DNA of 64,000 nt from Octopus bimaculoides (Eukaryota): assembly GCF_001194135.2 (NCBI RefSeq), contig NC_068983.1, forward strand, positions 29,292,512 through 29,356,511, read 5' to 3'. Below the pieces are notes generated by a model that was given only the letters and a program-made list of their open reading frames with translations, made no database searches and was not told the origin of the DNA. Shown one piece after another: positions 24,119-36,638 of this stretch. A program made the position numbers and the translations under genes. The first letter of the stretch is position 1. The number at the start of each line of letters is the position of its first letter.

Positions 24119-24970
24119 ACCTCCATCACTGCTTGACAATCAGTGTTTACATCCCTGTAACTTAGTGGTTCAGCAAAAAAGATCGACAGAATATTAGGCT
24201 TGAAAAATAAGTCGTGAGTTGATTTGTTCGACTAAAACCCTTCAAAGTGGTGCTCCAGCATAGCCACAGTCAAATAACTGAAATAAGTAAAAAAAAATGT
24301 TTTGTAAGAACAAAACACTGTGCCTTGTGAGTCTATAAGACTCATCCAAAATATCACATTTAGGGATTCAATTTGTAAATCCCAAAAATTCATGAGCCAT
24401 AAACAAAATATTTTACAAAAACTATTTATTTTAGAGCTCCAGATTGAATCTGATCAAACAAAATTATGATCAAAGGCGTTCTGGCCATGACCATCATCTC
24501 GTATCCTTGTAACAAAAATAAATAAATAAATGTTAGTTATGTTTTTAGGTTCAGTTCAACTGGGTGGCACCTACAGCAAGTGCCTTCTACTATTGGTTTG
24601 GGTTGACCAATGCCTTGTAAGTAGAAATGGTACATGGAAACTGCTTGTATCTATATGTGTGTGTGGATGCACTTCTTGAGATGAGGTCGTTTGGGGAGAA
24701 AAACAAAACAATACACAGTATTGTTACACTTTCACAGAGAACATTACATACTGTAGCTCTGTGACCTTGAAGTAGTGGAATAAAGAAAAACAAACCCTAA
24801 CTTCTAATGAATGGTAAGAGTTGGTGACAGGAAGAACATCTGACAGTAAAATAAGAAAGCATGTAAAACGAACAAGGGAACTTAGACATTCCAGTTCTAT
24901 ATTTAAGAGATGAGGAATTATGTACATTATTTACATTTGATGGATATTTGTCCTCATCTTGTTTGTTGTT

Positions 24971-25016
24971 AGCACAACGTTTCGGCTGATATACCCTCCA
25001 GCCTTCATCAGGTGTC
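24971..25016 (-). ncRNA. Minimal type I hammerhead ribozyme motif
   Basis: GACAC-CUGAUGA-A-GGCUG(10 nt)CAGCC-GAAAC-GUU/GUGCU: intact core, stem II and GUU triplet; stem I has one mismatch. Confidence 0.7.
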
Positions 25017-25230
25017 TTGGGGAAATTTCGAACCTGCGTTCTCATTTCTAAGGTATTTTTCAATATTATTATTATTATTCAGGTCATTGCCTGGAATCGA
25101 ACTCAGAATCTTGGGGTTAGCAGCCCGCACTCTTAATCCCAAGATTCCAGGCAGTGACCTGAATAATAATAATAATAATAATATTGAAAAATACCTTAGG
25201 AATGAGAACCCAGGTTCGAAATTTCCCCAA

Positions 25231-25275
25231 GACACCTGATGAAGGCTGGAGGGTATATCAGCCGAAACGTGTTAA
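25231..25275 (+). ncRNA. Second hammerhead copy, probably inactivated
   Basis: Same core and stem II, but a 2-nt deletion gives GAAAC-GUG-UU, losing the NUH triplet and stem I. Confidence 0.5.
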
Positions 25276-26399
25276 CAACAAACAAGATGACAAATATCCG
25301 TCAAATGTAAATAATGAACTTAGACATATTCAGATTTCTTTTGCCTTTTATCTTCCCAAGGTTGATACAATGAAGCACAAATAATTTGCAAAGATTTATG
25401 GGTAGGGGTAAACTCCATTGACTGTACTTGTTTCCGACAAACTTGTCCTTGTTTTGAACACTGAGAATGTTAGAGCTCAGACAAGATGGACACTGATCTT
25501 TCTAGCAGGGGGGAGGGGAATTAATGTGATGATAGTGGTCGGATGGTGATTAAGCAATATGATAATCTGGCTTTGCTAATGAGTTATAATTTAAAACAGA
25601 ATCCCAGGAGATCTGTATCAGTAAAAACTTGATTATTTAGAAAAAGTGGAATTTCCAACATGTTTAGATAGTCCTTCTTCAGAGCTGAAATGACAGCACT
25701 TTTTACAGCCTTCGTTTGAGTGACCTCCAAAAGTCTCCTTAAGTTCTATTTAATCTTATATATCTACCCAATTCTGTGAATTATCTTCTTTGCTATGTTC
25801 AACCTCAAATGTCGCAACTGGGAATTGTACCACATTATGCAAATGAAGGAATCTTTTACCTTAATTCTTCTCTGCTGCTTCCTACCATATCATTGATATT
25901 CCATTTTCATTAAAGCCTCGCTTCTGCAGCCATTTACACTTTTTTGGATGCTGTTTTCACCTCAACTCTATTTCATGTGACTTTCAATTAATTTTCATCC
26001 ATCTATGAAGCCACATCACTCTTCATAATATTCTCCAAACATTTATTTATACCCTTACTTCTTCGAAACAGCTTATGTGAGCTGTCATCTGCTTCTTGTG
26101 CACCATATACAGTCACCTGACATGAAAGCTAACCCACTACTATTCTTTTCTTTCCCATGCAACTTTTTATTATATACTCAAAAGTGAATGTTACATGTTG
26201 GTACTCCCTCTGCAAATTTTGCCTATTCTTCAACCAGCATCACACTTTTTTCATACACTCATAATATATGTAGTGTTCATCCTAAGAACTCTCTCTCTCT
26301 CTTGGATACCAAACAAGTTCTCCTTAAGTAATGATCTAAACTTCCTCCCACTCCAAGTACGTTTGATGTATATGCCAATACCGTTTCTTCCATTAGATC

Positions 26400-27990
26400 C
26401 AACTTAAGTCCCTCTTCTGTATCAGAATCTCTGACAGGGGAAGATTTCACCAATCTCCAACTGGACACCCAGCCTGGGCCTATACTACATGCTCAATTTA
26501 TTTGTAAATACATGCAGTTACAGTTTGGACATCAACAAATGACAAAGATCAAACCTTGACTCATTGAGACTTTTCACCCTTCAGAACTCTAGTAAGACAT
26601 CACCATTAAACTGTCAAGTAAGAGTGGTATTGTCATGATCTAGATAGCTAATCTCTACAGAGAAGCACTCTGTTAACTTAACAAATTGCCATTCTACAGC
26701 AAGTTACCAAATGATTTCACCAGTTCCTACCAGAAACAAGTTGGCACCGCTGTGTGTGAATGCATTTCTTCCAGCTTACTTCTGCACTCTGCCATTAACT
26801 TCACTGTAACTACACCTTTAAACTTCTATCATCTGTCCTAAATTTCACAAACCAGACAATCCTGGCCATCCTATTGTCTCTGTCTATAACTGCCCAATTA
26901 AAAATCTCTCTGCACCTAAACAAAATGCTATCACCTGTTGCCACATTACATATTAAAGGCAGCAACCATACCCTAAATTCCTTCAACGCATTCTCTTTAC
27001 CTCCTGGATAGTCAAAACACCTTTTCACTTCACACATTAAATCACTGTATACAATCATCCCCCACAATGATGGCCTACCAATCCTTAAATACTCCCTAGA
27101 CTGCTGTCGCCTGTATCCAGCACTATTACATCCCTTCACTTTACTAAATTTGGTCCTTGATTGCTTTTCCTTCTCTGGAGAACTTTATGAACATTTCAGT
27201 GGGGTTGCTATGGGAACTAAGATGGGGCCTGATTATGCAAACCTTTTTGTAGAGCATAACAAGGAGCAAATCTTTGCTCAATTCATGCATCTACCCCAGA
27301 GCTGAACAAATGTTATATTAATGACTGTGTTGGTGCTATCACCTTCACCTGGAATTTACTTCAACCAGATTCCACTCTCCCTTACCTTTCATTGAAACAC
27401 ATACTCATTTGCAACTTCCAACTCCAACTCTTTCACTCAACAACTGTTCAGATGTTTTTCCACATCACCTTTCCTTACCTTCAAGAAAGAAAGAAATTTC
27501 AGCAGCTACTTAAAAGCTCTTCAATACCCAGCCATACATAACCAGGCACTTTCAAATGTGTTCGCTGATGATGCAATACTTGTTCCTACACCAATAACAC
27601 AACAACCATTACTGGGTCTAAGTCACAGTACTATATCATCCAAAATTTCTGCTGTACATCTCTCAATATCAGTAAAATTTGCAGTGAACTCTACATGTGT
27701 GAAACGGGCTGTCACCTTGCCAATCACTTTCGCGAGCACAAAGACTATGATGTATACCATGCCAACCAGTTACCACCCACTTCAAAGCAATGGACCATTT
27801 CATTACCCATTTATTAAAGTGTGGCATTCCTGCACACCACAAATCTGTACCCTCAAGGAAACAGCGAGAACATTTTATATTCAATCTCAGAATCACGGCA
27901 CCAACAGGTTCCAGTGAAAATGTTTCCTTCTGCTCTTGTCATCTCAACAACTTAGGACTGTCCAAAGCATTAAAAACTCCACTCCCGATT
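26400..27990 (+). mobile_element. Decayed Penelope-like retroelement (RT + GIY-YIG)
   Basis: Interrupted frames: IKSLYTIIPHNDGL, SGVAMGTKMGPDYANLFV (PLE RT); YMCETGCHLANHFREH and RKQREHFIFNLRITAPTG (GIY-YIG). Confidence 0.85.
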
Positions 27991-29297
27991 ATTACTCTAC
28001 TCTATCTGTTGCTTTTCCCATGTGATAATTCAACAAATTAATCACCTGAAATTTGTCGGAATAATAATAATGATATTAAAAAAAAGGAAAATTTATGTTA
28101 ATTAATACTTGAAAATAATATTTCCTTTGCTGAATGTTTTCTGTAAAAGTAAAAGTTATAAAAAATAATTTACTTTCTTTTAATAGTAAATTACCATCAA
28201 ACTGAATTAAAATGCATGTATAGGGAAGAAAGACACAAGAAGCAGAAGAAGATCATCACAGCACTGAGTGTTCAAAACGATGTTCATATTATCAAAAGTA
28301 CTTTTTCTTTTTTTCTTTCTTTATTATTTTTTTATAGAAATATACCAATTGTTTTGGTTATTTTATTTGAAAATTGTATTTGGAAACGTCCCTTTTGTTT
28401 ATAATATATATNNNNNNNNNNNNNNNNNNNNNNNNNNNNNNNNNNNNNNNNNNNNNNNNNNNNNNNNNNNNNNNNNNNNNNNNNNNNNNNNNNNNNNNNN
28501 NNNNNNNNNNNNNNNNNNNNNNNNNNNNNNNNNNNNNNNNNNNNNNNNNNNNNNNNNNNNNNNNNNNNNNNNNNNNNNNNNNNNNNNNNNNNNNNNNNNN
28601 NNNNNNNNNNNNNNNNNNNNNNNNNNNNNNNNNNNNNNNNNNNNNNNNNNNNNNNNNNNNNNNNNNNNNNNNNNNNNNNNNNNNNNNNNNNNNNNNNNNN
28701 NNNNNNNNNNNNNNNNNNNNNNNNNNNNNNNNNNNNNNNNNNNNNNNNNNNNNNNNNNNNNNNNNNNNNNNNNNNNNNNNNNNNNNNNNNNNNNNNNNNN
28801 NNNNNNNNNNNNNNNNNNNNNNNNNNNNNNNNNNNNNNNNNNNNNNNNNNNNNNNNNNNNNNNNNNNNNNNNNNNNNNNNNNNNNNNNNNNNNNNNNNNN
28901 NNNNNNNNNNNNNNNNNNNNNNNNNNNNNNNNNNNNNNNNNNNNNNNNNNNNNNNNNNNNNNNNNNNNNNNNNNNNNNNNNNNNNNNNNNNNNNNNNNNN
29001 NNNNNNNNNNNNNNNNNNNNNNNNNNNNNNNNNNNNNNNNNNNNNNNNNNNNNNNNNNNNNNNNNNNNNNNNNNNNNNNNNNNNNNNNNNNNNNNNNNNN
29101 NNNNNNNNNNNNNNNNNNNNNNNNNNNNNNNNNNNNNNNNNNNNNNNNNNNNNNNNNNNNNNNNNNNNNNNNNNNNNNNNNNNNNNNNNNNNNNNNNNNN
29201 NNNNNNNNNNNNNNNNNNNNNNNNNNNNNNNNNNNNNNNNNNNNNNNNNNNNNNNNNNNNNNNNNNNNNNNNNNNNNNNNNNNNNNNNNNNNNNNNN

Positions 29298-29441
29298 GTG
29301 GTACTTAATTTATCGACCCCTGAAAGGATGAAAGGCAAAGTCGACCTCAGCGGAATTTGAACCCAGAACACGCAAGGCAGACAGACAAAATGCTGCTAAG
29401 CATTTTGCCCGGTGTGCTAACGATTCTGCCAGCTCGCCACT

Positions 29442-29443
<2 letters not shown>
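29298..29443 (-). mobile_element. SINE family D (tRNA-like head); tandem copies at 41068-41420, others near 540-690, 35090-35250, 53340-53500, 55960-56120
   Basis: GGCGAGCTGGCAGAATCGTTAG ... GGTTCAAATTCC head. Confidence 0.8.
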
Positions 29444-29475
<32 letters not shown>

Positions 29476-30299
29476 TAATAATAATAATAATAATCACAAC
29501 ATGTTGTGATGTTATACATTTATTCTTTCATAGCTAATTGCAGCTCCATCATGTTTTCATGTCCTCAATCAAATCGTTTCAACACTCAAAATATCCCTTT
29601 CAGCATGACACCTGCCTCTTCTCTGAAAATCTGAGTTACAAAGCAAGAATGGAGAGAACTAGAGGCAAAAAACGAAAGATTTCACTTTTTGCAAGCTCCT
29701 ATGTTCCTTGTTTCCACCCTCCTCCCTACCATTCTAGTCAGTAATTTACAAACTCTTGCATACATAATATATACATATATATACACACACTTGCATCCGT
29801 CCGAACACCTATACATATGCACACATGTAAATTTCATTTTGGTACTTAGAATTAAAAAAAAAAAAAAAATTGCAACTTATTAAAAATTAAGTTAAAATAT
29901 TACGATATCTAAAAATAGTAATAAAACAATTATAAATGAAAAAAAAAATAGGAGGGGGAAGACAACAAAATATAAGACCAAAAATATATACATACATACT
30001 AATACATAGCTGTGCATATACATATATATACACATACACACACACACACATATATATATATATCTATATCTATATATATATATATATATGGTCACATGCA
30101 TAAATATGCATACATGTATGTATGTCTGTTCACACACGTATATTAACTTATGTATATAGCAAGAAAATGAAAAGAAATGTTCAAACAAAAAGAAAAAAAA
30201 ATTGCTTCTTTTTGTTGTTTTTTTTTTATAGATGATGTAAATGTTTTTTTGTTTTGTGTGTGTTGTTTTTATTATTTTTTTTGAGAGCATGATAGAATG

Positions 30300-30825
30300 C
30301 TAGCATACAGGCGTCCTTGTCATCTGTGATTGTATGTGTCCATTGGCAATGCCATTTTTGTGGGAAATTCTTGAATTGCCATTTTTATTTGATTCCTCCT
30401 CGGGGAGATTAGCACTAAGTGAGCTTGAACTCCGTCTTAGGCCGCAGCTGACCTCTCCTGAACCCCCTATACCAGACATCGACAATTGTCCTGAAGTCGA
30501 TGCGAGAGGATCAGCCTCTGACGGAATGACCTGGAGTTCCAACGCTTCCGCTGTACTGCTCTGTGACATATCTGAATGTAATTCAGTATATAAATCCTTT
30601 GAAGTACTGATATTTTTATACAGTGGTTTGTATTGTTCTTCATCTTCACCCCTCATTTTTTTTGCCATTGCCTCTTCTTCCATATGATGTCTGTTTTCTT
30701 CACTGTTGTAATATGATACATTTTGGAACTCTGGAAATTGTTCAGGCTCCAAAGCTTTTATTATGTCTTTGAAAGAAGGTCTTTGCTTGGGTTTGTACTG
30801 CCAACACATCAGCATTAATGAATAA
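30300..30825 (-). CDS. INSR: INSR terminal coding exon (YSLMLMCWQYKPKQRPSF...QMTRTPVC*)
   Basis: ORF 30300-30815 extended to tttttttcag| acceptor at 30826-30827; MxxCWxxxPxxRPSF motif; TAG stop. Confidence 0.96.
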
Positions 30826-32430
30826 CTGAAAAAAAGAAGAATTTTTATGAGATCCTAAAATGATTAATGGAAATAACGTGAAAATATTTCTAAACAAACA
30901 GTGAAATTATAATAGTAAGCAACAAGTGATGATATGGTGGTATGGTCAAGATGTTTGCTTTGCAAATTGCGCACTACCTGTAGCAAATATTTTCTGCTAG
31001 AGTTCTGGACTGACCAAAGTTTTGTGAGCAGATCTGATAGACAAAAACTGAAAGAAGAATGTATCTCATCCACATAGTTGTTGGTACAGTTTCTTGGGGT
31101 AGTGACTTCTATTATAGCTCCCATATGTATGTGTGTGTATGTTTGTGTCTCTTTGTCTTGACACCATATTAGTTGTATATGAGTGTCAATGTCATAGAAC
31201 TAGTAGTATTCATTTCCAATATTCTGTGAAAACATGTCCAGCCATAGCGTAATATTACTTTTGATTGGAAACAGATATGGGTTGGTGACAGGAAGAGTAT
31301 CTGGCTGTAGAAAATCTGCCTCAATAAACTTTGCCTGACCCATACAAGCATGGCGAAGTGGACATTAAAATGGTAATGATGATGATGATGACGCACATGT
31401 ATGTGCATGTCTTTTTACATCCAGGCTTCTTTAAATATCTTGAGCTACAAGCAATGGCTTTGATGTTGTCATTTTCCCTATGAACAACTGTCCCCTGGCT
31501 CAGATGGTGTTCACGAAAGACACACAGGTTTGTCATTTTTACACACACACACATTCACTCAAAACAGGCTTTATACAGCTTGCGTAGCAATTCTATTCAC
31601 AAAGCATTGGTTAACCAGCAGCTATAGAAGACACTTGCCCAAGATGCCATATAGCAATTGGACTGAATTCAGGAAAGTTAGTTGTTCTACCAAATGCTAC
31701 CAGATTATTATTATTTTCAAAATTACCTGAAACTCATGGATGATTTTATTTCATAAGATATATAGTCACATCAGGGTTAATGTGACTTTAGCTGAGACAA
31801 ACAAACAAACTTCAAATTAAAAAATAAAATACACCTGAAGGAGTTATATATATAAAATAATACAACTCTCCTCCTCAGTTGCGGGATCCTTGTCTTGCAA
31901 GTTACTTGGTGACCTCACTGGTGCTGGTGCCACATAAAAAAAAAGACCATTTACTAGAGCTTGGTACAGTCCTCTGGCTTACCAGAGAGATTGGGTAACA
32001 AACTTCTTATCCACACAACCACACTTAATATTTCCTCATGCTGAAGTCATATAACCATGATGGTTGAATGGGTGTGCATAGTCATCACTCATCACTCACT
32101 GAAATCCTCAGCATCTAATCCTGTTCTTCCTCTATGATAAGCATCTCATTTATTCATTAGTTACCACAAGTGAAAGTTTAGGGAAAAACACAACACACAC
32201 ACATACATCAATGACTTCTTTCTTCTTTTTAAAATTTGATTTGAAAATGGCTACTTTATGAATTTCCACTAAAATCCAAATCACCACTTTTTTGTCATCT
32301 TCAAACTGTGTTTCTGTAATTAATATGAGTAACATTCTGTAAGATGCCATTGATGAAAACAGCTATTGTTTTCTGGAGAGAAAGTTTATTTGTTTGTGTG
32401 TGTATATAAGTGTCACTTATATATACATAT

Positions 32431-32477
<47 letters not shown>

Positions 32478-32973
32478 AAATAGTACATGAGTATATGCAT
32501 ATATACGTACAGGTATGTGCATACCGACATCCACCTGTATGTATAGGTGCATATCTGGGTACAGGACATTGCAAACAAAATGTAGACGAGAAAACACACA
32601 AGCCGCATAGAGAACATTCTACTTCATCAGCTAGCCCCGTTTTAACTCCGGTGTTTCAAAGAGCTGGGCAGGACGCATCGTTAAAACGGATCTTCCCATG
32701 GACCACAGATTAAATTTGTATACGCAAATTAAATCTTGCCATGGAGGAATGTAGTGGCGGACAAAAAACAAGACAGGAAAACAAACAGAAAAGGCTTTAC
32801 AGCCAGACGAGAAAAATTATGTGTGTATGAACGCTGTGAGGCACGAACTTGAAAGGGACGAAGTAGTTCGCGTGTTTGCTCGGCGATAGCCAAGGAAGAA
32901 AAGGATTATATATATATATATATATATATGTACATATACATGTATATATATGTGTGTGTGTGCGTGTGTGTGT

Positions 32974-33266
32974 GTGGAGGCGCAATGGCCCAGTGGTTAG
33001 GGCAGCGGACTTGTGGTCGGAGAATCGCGGTTTCGATTCCCAGACCGGCCGTTGTGAGTGTTTATTGAGCGAAAACAGCTAAGCTCCACGAGGCTTCAGC
33101 AAAGGGGTGGTGCGACCCCTGTGGTACTCTTTCGCCCCAACTTTCTCTCACTCTTTCTTCCTGTTTCTTGAGTAACGCTGCGATGGATTGGTTTCCCATC
33201 CAGCGGGGTGAACACATACGCCATAGAAACTGGGAAACCGGGCCCATGAGCCTGGCTAGGCTTTGA
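32974..33266 (+). mobile_element. SINE family B2 (B1 head, different 3' module); also 54797-55080 and 15790-16013
   Basis: Shares GGAGGCGCAATGGCCCAGTGGTTAGGGCAGCGGAC head; diverges after the CTTTCTCTC tract. Confidence 0.85.
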
Positions 33267-33365
33267 AATGATCATAATGATAATACACACACACACACAC
33301 CATACATGCATAACAAAAAAAAACAAAAAACAAACCACCCCTTAATTTTTCAAATATATACTTAC

Positions 33366-33500
33366 AGGCGTTTTGGACAGCCTTCTGGTTTTTCCATTAT
33401 TTTGCCATCTGAAACGAATTTCACCACTTCTGAGTTTGACAAGCCTTGATATGGCATCGCAGCTAACGTTGCCATTTCCCAAATGACCACTCCATAGGAC
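33366..33500 (-). CDS. INSR: INSR kinase C-lobe exon ([45 protein letters not shown])
   Basis: ttttag| ... |gtaag; 135 nt, phase 2->2. Confidence 0.97.
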
Positions 33501-35594
33501 CTAAAAAGGATATTTCAATAAATTAGCATTAGTTTAGCCACTACTAATAAATAAAAACAACTGGACTGTCAACTGAAATACTGATTTAAATGGCATTAGT
33601 TTTTCATATATAAGAATAACAAAAAATATATATATAAATAAATACACATGCACAGCAAAAGATTAGTTAACACTAAAATAGCCTTTCTCAAAATAAAAAG
33701 AATAAAAATCTGGTATACACAATTAAAGCAGTAATAAATTAAAGGAGCTATTAATGTATCATATTAAATGTATACACACTGTTGACAAGCCAGTTACTAT
33801 GGTATATGTCCTGAGATAACATCTCTTACTGACATGCTGTGTTAAAAACACACTGGAAGCAGATGAGAATTCATCCCAAAAGCAGCTAGCAAGAACACCA
33901 GATGTAGATGAAGAGAGAAGATAGTTTTTGAGGGATTGAAGTCTTGAGCAGCATGTCATAAGGATAAATATGCCGAAAAGAATTTCTGAGTTCTTTTTGT
34001 GTTTAATTCTATATTTGTAATGCTTATTGTACATGCACAGCATATTCCCTAATATAGGAAAATCTTAGAATCGGAGGGTAGTTAGCAAACCCTAAGGGAA
34101 AAATTACTTCTTAAACAAGGTTTTGGTTAAGATGAATTTAGCACTGCCAAACCTTTCAAAGATATTAGTTATGGTTAATTTAATCTGTTATAAAATTGTA
34201 ATGAATGAGAAACATTAACACTTTAGCATTTCAACAGGCCATACCTGGCCAAATATTCTACTCCAACCACCCAGATCTGGCCTCTCACAGCTAACCTACA
34301 ATATCATTCTAAAAATAAATAATCACATTATCAAAATCTCAAAGCTACAAGACAATGCATGATTAATACAAAACAATGTGAATAAAATACAATTAATTAT
34401 AATAAAATAGTATTACAAAATAGAATAAATAGAACAAGAGGAGACATGGGATAAAGAGTCCCTGAAGAGGTCACAGCATGTGTGACAAAAGAGCTTTGAC
34501 AAAGAAACTAAAATAATAATAATAAAACTGAAGTGGTGACCAAATATATAGTGCATATTTAATTGGCAATGTACAAGAGGGTGAATGGGATCAGAGGATC
34601 AGTTAAGTTTACAAGAGTGTAAGGTGAGCAACAGATGATTAGAAGCAGGGAATATGGAGTGGAGATTACAGGTGATGCAGTGAATAGCAATAAGTATTAC
34701 ACTTGGTAGAGTAAACTGAATGCTAGAGTTAAAAAAAGGATAATAATTTTTATATAGTGGTTCCCTAAGATAAGGAATATATTTCAAGGATTCCCCAAAA
34801 GTAGAAATTTTGGTGAACATTGGTTTAGTGTGAAGAAAAGTCATTGCACAGTAATTAAAAAAAAAATTAGCATGTTGAATCTAGCTCAGACTTTTAGTTC
34901 CTCTAATGATGACCAACTTGTCTGATTTGTACAGGAGATTAATTCTTGGAACTTATGAATGCAGCTGTTTAAGACAGCAGGAATTTATTTAAACAGTTGC
35001 TGATTGTATTTCTAATGAAATATACTGCCTGTTTCAATTTCTTTTGAAAATGGTTTCAAATTTTGGCATTTGACCAGCAATTTCTGAGGCGAAGGGGAAG
35101 ACGATTACATCAAACCCAGTGCTTAACTGGTACTTGTTTTATCAACCCAGAATGGATGAAAGGCAAAGTTGACCACAGCAGACTTTGGGTGCGGGATGTA
35201 ATGACAGACGAAATGCCGCTAACCATTTTGTCCAACATGCTAATGATTCTAACAGCTTGTAGCCTTAATTTCTTTTGAAAAATAATCAAGAATTTGAATA
35301 GATGTAGTTAAAAACAACAAACTTCTTAATTATTTGGCTGTCATTTAGCTCCTTGACTACCCTGAGTGCTGATTGAACAGATCACTGGTCAAAGATATTC
35401 CAGTGATGACCATCACGCATTTCCTTCAGGTAATGCATCAAGGCTATCATCTTTCTATTTTAAGATGGTCGGGTGTAGTTTAAGGGGAACTTGACTGTTT
35501 TTTCAGGCAGGTCAAGCAACCATATAAAGATTAGAACTTAAGAGATTTTTACATTAAATTATGATGGAAGGTTTCAATTTACATCTCATTTAGT

Positions 35595-35988
35595 CTTTAC
35601 TCTTTCACTTGTTTCAGTCATTTGACTGTGGCCATGCTGGAACACCGCCTTTTTAGCTGAGCAAATCAACCCCAGGACTTATTCTTTGGAAGCCTAGTAC
35701 TTATTCTATCGGTCTCTTTTGCCGAACCGCTAAGTTACGGGAACGTAAACACACAACCATCGATTGTCAAGCGATGTTGGGGGGACAAACACAGACACAC
35801 AAACATATACACACACATACATATATACGACGGGCTTCTTTCAGTTTCCGTCTACCAAATCCACTCACAAGGCTTTGGTCGGCCCGAGGCTATAGTAGAA
35901 AACACTTGCCCAAGGTGCCACGCAGTGGGACTGAACCCGCAACCATGTGGTTGGTAAGCAAGCTACTTACCACACAGCCACGCCTGCA
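35595..35988 (-). mobile_element. SINE family A, minus copy; others at 3480-3738, 5055-6225 (interrupted), 9211-9468, 42785-43165, 44365-45245
   Basis: Reverse complement of the family A consensus; source of many recurrent spurious ORFs in the track. Confidence 0.9.
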
Positions 35989-36293
35989 CCTATCTTAAAA
36001 TCTGAACATTTTAAAGCAAAAAATTTTGTATAACATAATTAGAGATAGTCTCAGGTAGGCTGGGACCAAAAGGATCATGGAAAGATTTGAAAGTCCAAAT
36101 TAGTTGCTCAAATAATTATTTCTAACATAGACACAAGGCCAGAAATTTAAGGGAAGGGAACAATTAACTAAATCAACCCCATTACTTGACAAGTACTTTT
36201 AATTTATTGATTCCCCTCACAAAGAGAATGTTGTATTTCCCTCGGAAGACTTGCAGAGATAACACACGGAACGTCAGACGAATTACATATCTA

Positions 36294-36638
<345 letters not shown>

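Larger units (their letters stand above)
24892..25316. mobile_element. Fold-back (inverted-duplicated) tRNA-derived SINE-like element with Penelope-type tail
   Basis: 24925-25098 is near-perfectly reverse-complementary to 25143-25316; the centre carries a tRNA-like head (GGG CTGCTAA CCC arm, GAGTTCGATTC B-box) on the minus strand. Confidence 0.85.

Noticed and set aside
25090-25140. tRNA gene (also the SINE A, B and D heads)
   Set aside because: No complete cloverleaf or acceptor stem; they run into repeat bodies.
29519-29524. AATAAA (minus) as receptor poly(A) signal; CpG-bearing 20640-20880 and 22480-22700 as promoters; CCAAT/TGCGCATG at 9605-9655
   Set aside because: Such motifs are frequent by chance in this AT-rich sequence and nothing independent supports them.
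32610-32700. GAAAC...CTGATGA on the minus strand in permuted (type II-like) order
   Set aside because: No convincing stems I or II.
34455-34495. CTGAAGA-GGTCAC(loop)GTGAC-AAAA hammerhead-like hairpin
   Set aside because: Lacks C-GAAAC, a cleavage triplet and a stem I partner; at most a decayed remnant.
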